37,868 bases of DNA from IMG/VR virus record IMGVR_UViG_3300021256_000061; one strand, written 5' to 3'. Source of the DNA: a virus (taxonomy: Duplodnaviria; Heunggongvirae; Uroviricota; Caudoviricetes). The notes below the pieces were generated by a model, which worked only from the letters and a program-made list of their open reading frames with translations, ran no database searches and was not told the DNA's origin. Below, piece by piece: positions 1 to 8,880 of the stretch. Position 1 is the stretch's first letter. Every line of letters begins with the position of its first letter. A program made the translations under genes and the position numbers.

Positions 1-675
1 CTTTGCATCAATTTCTTCAAGAAGTCTCTTCTGCGCATATTCCCTCTCTCGCTTTTCCTTCTTGAACTTATTGCGCCAATTAACCATGTTATAATAAAAT
101 TTTTCACCAAGGTTCAATTCTGCATCATCTATTTTCTCCTTGTGGAGACATGGCGCTTTTTTCACAATAGATATCCCTCCCCATTGATTCACGTAAACCA
201 ATCCTGCATATTCAGGAATATCTTCTTCCTTGATTAAGTCAGGTGGAGTTGCATAGTAAAAGTAGTTTGGGCGTTTATGACCTTCCGCGAGATACATTTT
301 GGAGTTATCAGCCCAACGATGAAAATATTCCTCGGCGCGGCCCCCGCTTTTACGACTCTCCTCAAGCCTCTCATAATACTTTGGGAGATATTTATCGGGA
401 TATTTTTCGGCGCCCTCAAGTATGATATGTTTTTCCTTCTTGTGCTTGAAATCATTCTTGAAGTCGGCTTTTGATATTTTTATTTCGAATTCATATATGT
501 ACCCTGAACGCGTTTCGAGAAGTTTGTCGCTTTCCCAGTCAAACACATATAACCCATCAATGTCATATTTCACTGAATTGGGGGTAAAGAAGTGACTTAG
601 GGAGTCCTGTAAAAACCCCTCGGAAAACTTAAAATTATCATCTTCTTTGCGTGTTGTTTTTCTTAAATAACCCAT
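1..675 (-). CDS. MmcB-like PD-(D/E)XK nuclease (3' end runs off the window; absent from the ORF track)
   Basis: Translated by hand: ATG at 675 (MGYLRKTTRKEDDNF...), open to position 1. Motif WESDKLLETRSGYIYEFEIKISKADFKND, then RPNYFYYATPPDLI...AGLVYV. A Bacteroidota promoter lies directly upstream. Confidence 0.7.
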   Translation of the reverse strand, partial: MGYLRKTTRKEDDNFKFSEGFLQDSLSHFFTPNSVKYDIDGLYVFDWESDKLLETRSGYIYEFEIKISKADFKNDFKHKKEKHIILEGAEKYPDKYLPKYYERLEESRKSGGRAEEYFHRWADNSKMYLAEGHKRPNYFYYATPPDLIKEEDIPEYAGLVYVNQWGGISIVKKAPCLHKEKIDDAELNLGEKFYYNMVNWRNKFKKEKREREYAQKRLLEEIDAK

Positions 676-679
676 AATG

Positions 680-710
680 CAAATATACACATTTTATATT
701 GAAAATCAAA
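680..710 (-). promoter_or_regulatory. Bacteroidota sigma70-type promoter (TTTG-N19-TATATTTG)
   Basis: Minus strand TTTG at 710-707 and TATATTTG at 687-680, 4 nt before the ATG at 675. Confidence 0.75.
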
Positions 711-719
711 ATTTCCCAA

Positions 720-727
720 CTATTTAT
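720..727 (+). promoter_or_regulatory. Putative phage late promoter motif CTATTTAT
   Basis: Recurrent motif upstream of the ATG at 743. Confidence 0.6.
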
Positions 728-742
728 TAAAAAAGTATTTAT

Positions 743-1378
743 ATGGAAAAATATTATGTAGTTGATGACGGAAGTTTCCTCCAGGTAATTTCGGAATCGG
801 AAATGGATAATTATGATTTTGAAGATGACCAGATAGTTAAAGTGTTTAATAATAGCGATGCAGCCTTTGCTTTTGTAGAAAAAGAGAATCGTAAACGCGA
901 GGAACAGCAACCTAATTTTCAACCTTCACAGGGATACTATAATTTACAAGAATCTCAATTAAAGAAAATCGTTTTAGAATCAACAAAAAGAGCTTTAAAA
1001 GAGATTTCATATGGCATGGCGCGTGACGCTTTCAAGAAGGCTGGGGAAGACCTTGATAATGGAAGAAATTGGCTTGATAAGAAGAAAATAGACCGTTACG
1101 ACAATCTTTATCAACATTTTGTAGATAGGAGTCGCGAAAATTTTGACCCAAACATGAATGTTATCATTTGTTTTGATGATGGTTGTAAATATTTCAAGGC
1201 AGGAGAATTAGAGAAAAAATTTGAGGTTACTGGATATGTTGAACCAAGTCACAATCATATATATGCAAACCAGAAGATGATTGGTTATCCGAGGTTAAAA
1301 GGTCTTATCGGACCTATGTGGGATGGTGATAGGCTGCGCTACGAGACACAGGCAGTTTATGATGCTTTATCAATATAA
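743..1378 (+). CDS. Hypothetical protein with shared head-cargo helix (putative virion protein)
   Basis: 211 aa. Internal LQESQLKKIVLESTKRALKE. Has a CTATTTAT motif upstream and a terminator downstream. Confidence 0.75.
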   Translation: MEKYYVVDDGSFLQVISESEMDNYDFEDDQIVKVFNNSDAAFAFVEKENRKREEQQPNFQPSQGYYNLQESQLKKIVLESTKRALKEISYGMARDAFKKAGEDLDNGRNWLDKKKIDRYDNLYQHFVDRSRENFDPNMNVIICFDDGCKYFKAGELEKKFEVTGYVEPSHNHIYANQKMIGYPRLKGLIGPMWDGDRLRYETQAVYDALSI

Positions 1379-1380
1379 TA

Positions 1381-1411
1381 AAAAGGCCATTAGGGTTTCC
1401 TAATGGCTTTT
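1381..1411. terminator. Bidirectional intrinsic terminator
   Basis: aaaa-ggccattagg-gttt-cctaatggct-ttt between convergent genes. Confidence 0.75.
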
Positions 1412-1655
1412 AAACTAAATGTTCTAGTTCATCGAGAATTTCAAGGGCTGTATCTAACCCTTCAATTTTTCCTTTTTCTTTTACGCACTCTTCTTTTAAT
1501 TTGCCCCCGATGCGTTCATAGTGTTCTGAAAGCACGTGGCGCTTATCTTCAAAGGCGGCACGTATTTTATGAAGTTCATGAACCTCGGCGGTTTTGTAGG
1601 TTATGGCGCAAGCGGCCACTAAAATAAGTAAAACTATGAATCCGATTAATACCAT
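1410..1655 (-). CDS. Small membrane-anchored hypothetical protein
   Basis: 81 aa, with an N-terminal hydrophobic segment (VLIGFIVLLILVAACAI) followed by a charged helix. Confidence 0.65.
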   Translation of the reverse strand: MVLIGFIVLLILVAACAITYKTAEVHELHKIRAAFEDKRHVLSEHYERIGGKLKEECVKEKGKIEGLDTALEILDELEHLV

Positions 1656-1674
1656 ATTATTCCCTTTTTAAAAA

Positions 1675-2142
1675 TTAAGTTTTAACAATCCAGTCTGCAA
1701 AAGTAGTAACAAGTGGCCCAAGCCTTTTGAAGCGCACCTCATACCCCATACCCTCGGCCCAGCCTTTCGCTGAAGAATAAACTTCGTTGGACTTATATTT
1801 GGGGTTAGGATTAATATCAATGTCTATGTATTTTGGTCTTGGACAACCAAATTTAACGAGTTTCTCTGCAGTCTCAATGCTCGCGGCCACTTCATTCATA
1901 AGTCTGGTATTTCTTACGCGCTCTCTATCTGTTCTCCAGCGTTTGAATATGCAGTGTGCGCCGTGTCCTGGGTTATACATAGCAATGACTGTAGAATAGA
2001 CGGTTTTACCCCCCTTGTTCTGGGAGTCGGTACCTATCATGATTTCCGTGCCCTTATGTTCGTCACAATAGGTTTTAACATAGCTCTCGACTTCGTCAAG
2101 AACTTCACCTGAAATTTTTTTAAACGTAAATGTTCCAACCAT
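1675..2142 (-). CDS. YkuK/DUF458 RNase H-like protein
   Basis: Motifs IMIGTDSQ...VYSTVIAMY, RLMNEVAASI and IDIDINP. Start re-called to the ATG at 2142 because the track's TTG start (2163) lies inside the promoter -7 box. Confidence 0.8.
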   Translation of the reverse strand: MVGTFTFKKISGEVLDEVESYVKTYCDEHKGTEIMIGTDSQNKGGKTVYSTVIAMYNPGHGAHCIFKRWRTDRERVRNTRLMNEVAASIETAEKLVKFGCPRPKYIDIDINPNPKYKSNEVYSSAKGWAEGMGYEVRFKRLGPLVTTFADWIVKT

Positions 2143-2160
2143 CTTCAAATCTTTTGAGTA

Positions 2161-2191
2161 CAAAAATATAAATTATTTATTGCTTTTCAAA
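2161..2191 (-). promoter_or_regulatory. Bacteroidota sigma70-type promoter (TTTG-N19-TATTTTTG)
   Basis: TTTG at 2191-2188 and TATTTTTG at 2168-2161. Confidence 0.7.
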
Positions 2192-2195
2192 CAAA

Positions 2196-2456
2196 TTAAT
2201 CAATTTTTTTAATCCATTCCTCGAGTGTCATTTTCGATTTCCTGTTCTCGCGATTCCTGTTGCAATAATCAGGGCAGTAATCTCTGCCGACTACATTCGT
2301 GTAGTCATTGCCGTATTCATCTTTTTCCCCCGAATTATGCATATAGCACCTGCCGTGCCCCCAATTTTCTTTAAGGCCATAATTGGGAATGAAAACAATA
2401 TGTTTTGCCTCCATTACCTTGTACCACCAGCAGTTAGTGCAATATCCGTGATTCAT
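2196..2456 (-). CDS. Cys-rich hypothetical protein (possible Zn-binding)
   Basis: 86 aa, with CTNC...RCYMH...CPDYC. Part of a tightly packed minus-strand operon. Confidence 0.65.
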   Translation of the reverse strand: MNHGYCTNCWWYKVMEAKHIVFIPNYGLKENWGHGRCYMHNSGEKDEYGNDYTNVVGRDYCPDYCNRNRENRKSKMTLEEWIKKID

Positions 2457-2755
2457 TAATTCCTAATAATTCTAACAAAAAATCGCTTTTCTTCAGTGGA
2501 GTATCCGTTGGCCGTGTGCTTGGAAAGTATTGTAATATTATCCATCTGCATCGTCTTATTGAAGTACTCCATGATTTCTTTATCTGACATTTTGTCCATG
2601 TCATTTGCGTAATGCTTCAAGTGGTATACACCTGGGGTACCAGTAATAAGCTTTTCAACTTCACTGTCTGAAATCTCCAATACTTTATTTGGGCACTTAA
2701 AATACGGATAATTTTTATCCGCAGGTTTTGTCGGTAAAACTATAATTGTAATCAT
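2456..2755 (-). CDS. Hypothetical protein
   Basis: 99 aa, stop/start overlap with the next gene. Confidence 0.65.
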   Translation of the reverse strand: MITIIVLPTKPADKNYPYFKCPNKVLEISDSEVEKLITGTPGVYHLKHYANDMDKMSDKEIMEYFNKTMQMDNITILSKHTANGYSTEEKRFFVRIIRN

Positions 2756-2788
2756 ACCATTTTGACATGCAAGAATCGTGCCAAAAAT

Positions 2789-3532
2789 TTAGTTTCCTAA
2801 AATTTTAGTTATTCTTTCCTTAATTACTGGGAGGACTTGTGAATAGTCAATTAGCTTTAAATTATTAAGGTTAATGATTTCTTTATCCATGTCAACACCA
2901 ACGGGTATTTTATGAATATTTTCAAAAACCAGGTTTGCGTGTCTGTTCACTTGTTTGTCCTCATATTCTCTTTGGCCTTCGTTTGTTAACCTGTATTGCT
3001 GCAATCCGAAACCAATGGCTTTCTTGGGCCAGTATAAAACAATGTCGATTTGTGCATTATAATCAATTTTGGAGTTATATGTAACTTCTAGTGAAGGCAG
3101 GAGTGTTTTGAGCTGAGCGGCACCTGCAATGTCCCTAACAAGAGATGGGTAAAAATTGTTATATATTCTCTTTTTCATTGCAGTGTCAAAAACAAACCTA
3201 TCTTCAGGACTTTCGTCACAATTAGCTATTTTTGCTTGTTCCTTGTAGATGTTATTTAATTTGGCAGCATATGCAATCATGTAAGCTACTAAACATGCTT
3301 CTTGGGATGGGATAGTATGTAGCCTTTCTATTAGTCTACAAAATACACGATTGAATGAGGGTATTTGATTATCTTTATACCAAAAAGCGTCGTAGGGCTC
3401 ATTCTCTTTGTCCCATTTAAAGCAAGCATACTTGGGGTTGGCTGTAATTTGTGATGTAATTTTATCAAACGTCAAATCTGAAATTGCAATTAAATCTATG
3501 TAATCTTCTGGCTTATAAATTAAATTTGACAT
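2789..3532 (-). CDS. Hypothetical protein, possibly a restriction-endonuclease-like (PD-(D/E)XK) fold
   Basis: 247 aa. RIYNNFYPSLVRD...VTYNSKIDYNAQIDIVL resembles TaqI-like phage proteins from memory only. The ORF is solid; the function is weak. Confidence 0.45.
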   Translation of the reverse strand: MSNLIYKPEDYIDLIAISDLTFDKITSQITANPKYACFKWDKENEPYDAFWYKDNQIPSFNRVFCRLIERLHTIPSQEACLVAYMIAYAAKLNNIYKEQAKIANCDESPEDRFVFDTAMKKRIYNNFYPSLVRDIAGAAQLKTLLPSLEVTYNSKIDYNAQIDIVLYWPKKAIGFGLQQYRLTNEGQREYEDKQVNRHANLVFENIHKIPVGVDMDKEIINLNNLKLIDYSQVLPVIKERITKILGN

Positions 3533-3960
3533 TTTAAAAATGGTGTTTTCTCAATTATTTCTTTCTCAATGGCTTTGATTGAGCTCTTTAGGGCAGCAAA
3601 ATATTCTTCTTCTGTAATATCTGTTATATTCCCATTGTTTACGTCTTCCCAATAGCAGCGTATAACTTTAATATGTGAAATATTATCTGCTGTTTTAGAA
3701 AAACCATGACCACACAAATTAAATCCTCGCGGAATAACTTCTATGCTTTCCACGTTAAGGTAATATGTATAGCTGTTGTGGTGTGAAATGTTACCCCCAA
3801 GCCACTTGTATTTTACGTATTTTCCAATGTGGAGTTCTGCCAAACTCACGTCAGTTGTCAGGGCGTCCATCTCGTATGCATATCTTTCTGATTCACGCCG
3901 ATGGAAATCTCTTTGTTCACGCAATTCCTGTAACTTTTTGTTGTATTCCTCTGTAGTCAT
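3520..3960 (-). CDS. Hypothetical protein
   Basis: Start re-called to MTTEEYNKK (3960) to avoid an 80-nt overlap with recD2. N-terminal coiled coil. Confidence 0.65.
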   Translation of the reverse strand: MTTEEYNKKLQELREQRDFHRRESERYAYEMDALTTDVSLAELHIGKYVKYKWLGGNISHHNSYTYYLNVESIEVIPRGFNLCGHGFSKTADNISHIKVIRCYWEDVNNGNITDITEEEYFAALKSSIKAIEKEIIEKTPFLKCQI

Positions 3961-3976
3961 AGTAATGTTATAAAAA

Positions 3977-6118
3977 TTAGTTTTGATTTGCAAGGTTTTG
4001 TAGCCTTTGTTTGAGTGTTGTATTACGTTTGGCAATTCTAATATTTTTAATGCCAAATAAAAGGGCTTGTTTGGAGCCGATTAGGATGCATATTTTACGC
4101 GCCCTAGTTATGCCAGTGTACAATAAATTCTTGCTTAGCATGTGGTAATGCGATTGAGTTACGGGCATTACAACAATTGGATATTCAGAACCCTGGGATT
4201 TATGTATTGTGAGTGCGTATGCATGGAGGAGCTCTTCCATATCAGTTGAGTCGTAGAATACAATTTCATCACCAAAATCAACTTCAAGTGTTTTGTCTTC
4301 TACGTTTACGCCACAAATTATACCCGTGTCACCGTTGAATATGTTTTTTTCGTAATTGTTTTTAGTTTGTATCACTTTGTCCCCTACGCGGAAAACAATG
4401 TCTCCACGAGCAATTTCATCCCCTGATGGGTTTATTGCCTGCTGCAGACGCTTATTTAACTCTACGGTGCCAGCTTTATATTTTTTCATTGGCGTGAGTA
4501 CCTGTATTTCTTTAGGCTCCACGCCATATGTTTTAGGAAGGCGATTGCATACCAAGTCGGTTATGTAATCTTGTAGATTTTCTTCATTGTCCTCCCTGAG
4601 GAAGAAAAAGTCTGAATCTTTACTATTGTTTATGATTGGGTATTCTCCCCTATTGATTGCGTGTGCATTTGTTATAATGCGACTATTTTCTGCCTGGCGA
4701 AAAATTTTAGTTAACTTAATCGTAGGCAGAACATTGGACTCTATTAAATCCTTAAGAATATTTCCTGGACCAATACATGGCAACTGGTCCATATCCCCAA
4801 TCAAAATAACTTTCATGTTGTCGGGGACAGCTTTTAGAAGGGAGTTCATTAGATATGTGTTAACCATTGAAACCTCGTCAACGATTAGTATATCACCCTT
4901 TAATTTGTTATCTTCATTAAAATCATACGACCCTCCTGGTTTGGCACCTAATAACCTGTGAATTGTTTTTGCCTCAAAACCAGTCGCTTCGCTAAGTCTA
5001 TCAGCTGCTTTTCCTGTTGGTGCAGCCATTAGAATTTTCATTCCCATCCCGTGGAATGCATTAACAATACCATGGGTTATTGTTGTTTTTCCCGTACCTG
5101 GACCGCCAGTTATAATTGTTACATTGTTTATGACAGCCTTTCTTATTGCGTTTTTCTGGTCTTCGTCGTATTTTACGTTTGAGAACATTTCGGTTTGCTC
5201 AATGTTAACAAAGCTCTCATCGAATTGTAGTGGAGATGGCGTGATTGCTTTGATGTATAATGTTCTTGCAATGTTAATTTCGCTATGATATAGCGTCGGA
5301 AGGAAGAGGAGGTCATCCTCTTCTATGAGTTCTTCGTCTTCAATAAGCGTTTTAACTGAATCGGTTATAAGAGCGCCGTTAATTTGGAGTAGGGTTGCAG
5401 CCTTATTCAATAAACTATTTAAAGTAACACACGTATCTCCCTCATCACAATGTACTTGCATTGTATAAATGATGCCGCTTTTTATGCGAAGGGGGTGGTC
5501 CAGTCCAAACCCCAACTTTCTCGCAATCGAATCGGCGATTAAAAACCCAATTCCATCGACATCGTATATCAACTGGTATGGATTATTAGATAGGATTTCA
5601 ATTGAGTCCTCCCCGTATTCGGCGTAGATTTTGGTTGCATAGCCATCGCTTATATCGTGAGCCTTTAAGAATATCATTATATCACGTATGCCCTTGTGTC
5701 TGTCGTATGACGCCCAAATTTGCTCAGCCTTTTTGGGGCCTACTTTGGGAATTTTGAGCAATTCTTCAGAGTGGCTTTCGATGACATCCAGAGTTGCAAC
5801 GCCAAACGCTTCAACAATTGTTCTGGCCAAAACGGGGCCAATACCCTTGATGAAACCAGAGGACAAATATTTTTCTATGCCATATGTGTCCGTGGGCTTA
5901 ATTTCTTCCCATGAAGAAACTTTGAATTGTTTACCATATCGTTTATTTGTTACCCACTCTCCTTCAACTCTGATGGTCATACCAACATTAACCTCCACCA
6001 TGTTTATCAGTATAATGGCGTTTTCTTGAGGTTTTTCTCTGGACACGTGAAGAATTGAGAAACCTTGTTCCTCACTGTGGTAAATAACGGATTCTATGGT
6101 GCAATCAAAAACTTCCAT
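3977..6118 (-). CDS. recD2: ATP-dependent RecD2-like SF1B DNA helicase
   Basis: 713 aa. N-terminal OB/HhH region (KGIGPVLA), Walker A TGGPGTGKTT, APTGKAA, DEVSMV, GDMDQLP, IFRQ, and YALTIHKSQGSEY. Confidence 0.93.
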   Translation of the reverse strand: MEVFDCTIESVIYHSEEQGFSILHVSREKPQENAIILINMVEVNVGMTIRVEGEWVTNKRYGKQFKVSSWEEIKPTDTYGIEKYLSSGFIKGIGPVLARTIVEAFGVATLDVIESHSEELLKIPKVGPKKAEQIWASYDRHKGIRDIMIFLKAHDISDGYATKIYAEYGEDSIEILSNNPYQLIYDVDGIGFLIADSIARKLGFGLDHPLRIKSGIIYTMQVHCDEGDTCVTLNSLLNKAATLLQINGALITDSVKTLIEDEELIEEDDLLFLPTLYHSEINIARTLYIKAITPSPLQFDESFVNIEQTEMFSNVKYDEDQKNAIRKAVINNVTIITGGPGTGKTTITHGIVNAFHGMGMKILMAAPTGKAADRLSEATGFEAKTIHRLLGAKPGGSYDFNEDNKLKGDILIVDEVSMVNTYLMNSLLKAVPDNMKVILIGDMDQLPCIGPGNILKDLIESNVLPTIKLTKIFRQAENSRIITNAHAINRGEYPIINNSKDSDFFFLREDNEENLQDYITDLVCNRLPKTYGVEPKEIQVLTPMKKYKAGTVELNKRLQQAINPSGDEIARGDIVFRVGDKVIQTKNNYEKNIFNGDTGIICGVNVEDKTLEVDFGDEIVFYDSTDMEELLHAYALTIHKSQGSEYPIVVMPVTQSHYHMLSKNLLYTGITRARKICILIGSKQALLFGIKNIRIAKRNTTLKQRLQNLANQN

Positions 6119-6125
6119 GATTGCA

Positions 6126-6156
6126 CAAAGATACTAAAATTTTCTTTTAAAACAAA
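6126..6156 (-). promoter_or_regulatory. Bacteroidota sigma70-type promoter (TTTG-N19-TATCTTTG)
   Basis: TTTG at 6156-6153 and TATCTTTG at 6133-6126, 7 nt before the recD2 ATG. Confidence 0.8.
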
Positions 6157-6183
6157 AAAACCGCAGAAAATCTGCGGCTTTTC
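6154..6183. terminator. Intrinsic terminator
   Basis: A-tract, ccgcag-aaaat-ctgcgg, T-tract, directly after the stop at 6184. Confidence 0.7.
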
Positions 6184-6744
6184 TTAAATTTCAATTTCCA
6201 GAAAATGAGTACCAGTTTTGGGGTTTGCTTCATTTTTCAACCCTCGCGGCATAACGCGTTTCCCTAGTGCGTCGGATGCGGCGCTGGCTAAAAGTGCAAT
6301 TTCAGCAACTCTTCTTCCTTCTTCGTTTGGTGAAACTACAAGCGTAAATGTTGAGGGACTGCTTTTATACATATCAACAATATCCCAACCGCAGCGGCTG
6401 GCTGTTCCTTCCAACTTTGTTTTTAAGTCCGCAAAACGACCTCTGTCCTCTTTTCTTTTTTCAACATCGGTTTCCCAGTTCTCAAGAACTTCGTTAACGC
6501 AGGAACGCACCATGCGTCTAATATCACTTTCGGTGATTTGTATCTTGTTTTCGTCCATTTTCTTTTTATGTTTTACTTTTTCAGGCAACCCCTTATGTTT
6601 TGTTTCAGCAAATTCTTTGGCGTCTTTTTTAGAGATTGAATCTGCAATATCTTTAATTTTTTCGGGAGCATCTTTGCATTCGCCTTTTTGAACCGCATGA
6701 ACCCACCCGAAAAGTCGCTGTTGCTCTTTACTTTTTGCAGGCAT
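6184..6744 (-). CDS. DUF3008-like N-terminus fused to shared head-cargo helix and an unknown domain
   Basis: Start re-called to MPAKSKEQQRLFGWVHAVQKG (6744), a DUF3008-type start. Internal ITESDIRRMVRSCVNEVLE. Confidence 0.7.
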   Translation of the reverse strand: MPAKSKEQQRLFGWVHAVQKGECKDAPEKIKDIADSISKKDAKEFAETKHKGLPEKVKHKKKMDENKIQITESDIRRMVRSCVNEVLENWETDVEKRKEDRGRFADLKTKLEGTASRCGWDIVDMYKSSPSTFTLVVSPNEEGRRVAEIALLASAASDALGKRVMPRGLKNEANPKTGTHFLEIEI

Positions 6745-6745
6745 A

Positions 6746-7117
6746 TTAGTTTTGTGTTGCTCTATACTTATATTTATTGCAGCATTCTTGCATGTCATCA
6801 AGAATGTTAAACAACCCACCGTTCTCGGGCCCATCAAGCTTCTTTTTCATGTTAAGAATATCTTCTTCGAGCTCCTTTAACATACCCTTGAGGTCTTCAG
6901 CGTTAGGAAGCATTGGCATTAAGTCGCCAATTGCGAAATGCTTATCTTCCATACCCATTGCACACTCGGCAAATCTATCTTCGCATTCATGAATACTATC
7001 CTCAATTTCATCACAAAGTTTATGCTCTGCGTTGTTGTTTGTGTTCCAGTGAATTTCTTTTACACGAATAAGATATCCATGTAAAGCACATACAAAATCT
7101 ATATATTCTTTTTTCAT
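6746..7117 (-). CDS. Ferritin/Dps-like four-helix protein (DUF5856-like)
   Basis: 123 aa. KEIHWNT...EHKLCDE...EDRFAECAMG acidic/His metal-ligand pattern. Confidence 0.7.
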   Translation of the reverse strand: MKKEYIDFVCALHGYLIRVKEIHWNTNNNAEHKLCDEIEDSIHECEDRFAECAMGMEDKHFAIGDLMPMLPNAEDLKGMLKELEEDILNMKKKLDGPENGGLFNILDDMQECCNKYKYRATQN

Positions 7118-7133
7118 AATAAAGACTTTTTAT

Positions 7134-7141
7134 GTAAATAG
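7134..7141 (-). promoter_or_regulatory. Putative late promoter motif (CTATTTAC variant)
   Basis: Located 16 nt upstream of the start at 7117. Confidence 0.55.
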
Positions 7142-7294
7142 TTGGTTATTATTGATTATCTCATAATTTTGCACTATTTTTACAAAAATGATTATAAAAT
7201 ACCTGGTATTTGCGCATTGCGTCACTGTACGTTTAGTTGGTTTAAATAATTCGGAATTATCCCTTTTAGTGTTGTAAGAATTCTAGACTTTTAA

Positions 7295-8274
7295 GGTATA
7301 TAGTCATAGATTTAGGTTAAAAGACTTGAACTATGACTATTTTTGATTTTCATAAGAGGTTTCCCACGGAGAAGTCTGCCATTGACTTCATTATCAAGAC
7401 AAAGTACAACGGTACTTATGTATGTCCGTTCTGCGGTTGTGTTCACAATATCTATCGTGATACCGCCAATGATGGAAAGGACTTGTACTGCAATAACTGC
7501 AAATCCCATTTCTCCGTATTGAAGGGAACCATCTTTGAGAATACCCATCTTGATATCCGTATGTGGCTTTATGCCATGAACCTCGTTATGGTGGCAAAGA
7601 AAGGCATCTCCGCATGTCAGTTGCAGAGGGAACTTGGTATGAAATCATACAAGGGTGCGTGGCGTATGCTTCACCTTATCCGTGAGATTATGGGTAAGGA
7701 GGAATACAAGGATTGCTTTGAAGCCATCGTGGAGGTTGATGAAACCTATGTAGGTGGCAAACCTCGCAAGGAGAATGTTCACTTTGAGAGGGAAACTAAT
7801 GAGAAGTTCAACAAGAGGGGCAGGGGTTCATCATCCAAAACGCCTGTTATCGGTGTCAAGGAAAGAAATAGTGGCAGGGTTCATTGCGTTGTGGCTACTG
7901 CTAATGCCGACGGCCAGAAACTAACGGGCAAGCAGTTGCTGAAGGTGCTGAACGATGCTTGCAAGGAAGGCACCACGGTTATGACTGACCAATACAGTGG
8001 CTACAATGTCATTGACGAGGGAAGGGTTGAGAACACAAAGAATTTCATTCGTATCATGGTGAACCATGAAGTTGAGTTCTCCAAGGGTGACGGAAGGCAT
8101 ACCAACGGCATTGAATCCTTTTGGGCAATCGTGAAACGTGGCGTATATGGTATCTATCACCATGTGTCAGTGAAGCACATGCAGACATATATGGATGAAT
8201 TTTGCTTCCGCATGAACCATAGGGAAGTAGAAGATGGTTTTGAAAGCCTTGTAAAACTTTCAATTGCAGCGTAG
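7295..8274 (+). mobile_element. IS1595-family insertion sequence (ends not resolved)
   Basis: Intact transposase between two divergent late-motif sites. Candidate left end ggtatatagtcatag at 7295; I found no matching right inverted repeat. Confidence 0.55.
7333..8274 (+). CDS. IS1595-family (ISXO2-like) DDE transposase
   Basis: N-terminal Zn ribbon CPFCG...CNNC. Catalytic motifs VEVDETYVGG, VMTDQYSGY and HTNGIESFW; C-terminal YMDEFCFRMN. Confidence 0.92.
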   Translation: MTIFDFHKRFPTEKSAIDFIIKTKYNGTYVCPFCGCVHNIYRDTANDGKDLYCNNCKSHFSVLKGTIFENTHLDIRMWLYAMNLVMVAKKGISACQLQRELGMKSYKGAWRMLHLIREIMGKEEYKDCFEAIVEVDETYVGGKPRKENVHFERETNEKFNKRGRGSSSKTPVIGVKERNSGRVHCVVATANADGQKLTGKQLLKVLNDACKEGTTVMTDQYSGYNVIDEGRVENTKNFIRIMVNHEVEFSKGDGRHTNGIESFWAIVKRGVYGIYHHVSVKHMQTYMDEFCFRMNHREVEDGFESLVKLSIAA

Positions 8275-8290
8275 ATTTCTGGTTTTCAAT

Positions 8291-8298
8291 CTATTTAT
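8291..8298 (+). promoter_or_regulatory. Putative late promoter motif CTATTTAT
   Basis: Upstream of the ATG at 8332. Confidence 0.6.
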
Positions 8299-8331
8299 AA
8301 ATAAAATAAGAAATTGTAAATAGATTGAAAT

Positions 8332-8880
8332 ATGGGCAATAGAATAATAGATTTGCGCGACCCTGATGATTATATTCCGTTTGATGAATATGAGAAGCAT
8401 GAACAGGCATATAAAATGAGATTGCAAGCAAAAGCAAATGAATTACAAAAATATGTAGATGATACCCTTGCAGAAAAAAGCCCCATAAGTGTACGCTACA
8501 AGGAAACAATACATTTAGGAGTGGTTCAACCTCATATATTGGTTAACAACAATGGACAATTTTATTATTTTACAGATTGCGACAAGGCTGAAAATAAAGT
8601 GAAAGAATTCGTAGATGGCATTATGAATACAAATACAAGCAATACAGTTAAACTCAACGAAGCGCAGTTAAGGAAAATAGTCGCTGAGAGCATAAAGATG
8701 GCATTATCCGAAAATGAAAGTAGATTATTTCAAGAGTTGGATTTGCTATTATATAATGCTATGGGGGACGGACTATATTGTGGAAAATACGAGGGAGATG
8801 GCAACTGGGATTTTTATGAATGCTATAATAAATGGGGCGAAGAACTGAAAGGCATTCTAACGAAATATAACTTGATTTAA
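8332..8880 (+). CDS. Hypothetical protein with shared head-cargo helix
   Basis: 182 aa. Internal NTVKLNEAQLRKIVAESIKMALSENE. Confidence 0.75.
   Translation: MGNRIIDLRDPDDYIPFDEYEKHEQAYKMRLQAKANELQKYVDDTLAEKSPISVRYKETIHLGVVQPHILVNNNGQFYYFTDCDKAENKVKEFVDGIMNTNTSNTVKLNEAQLRKIVAESIKMALSENESRLFQELDLLLYNAMGDGLYCGKYEGDGNWDFYECYNKWGEELKGILTKYNLI

Noticed and set aside
234-922. Track ORFs 234-455, 243-425, 277-474 and 638-922
   Set aside because: They are shadow frames of the real minus-strand gene 1-675 and the plus-strand gene 743-1378.
3961-4056. Track N-terminal extensions of ORFs 3520-4056, 6184-6837 and 1675-2163
   Set aside because: They overlap the upstream gene or the promoter box; internal ATGs at 3960, 6744 and 2142 fit better.
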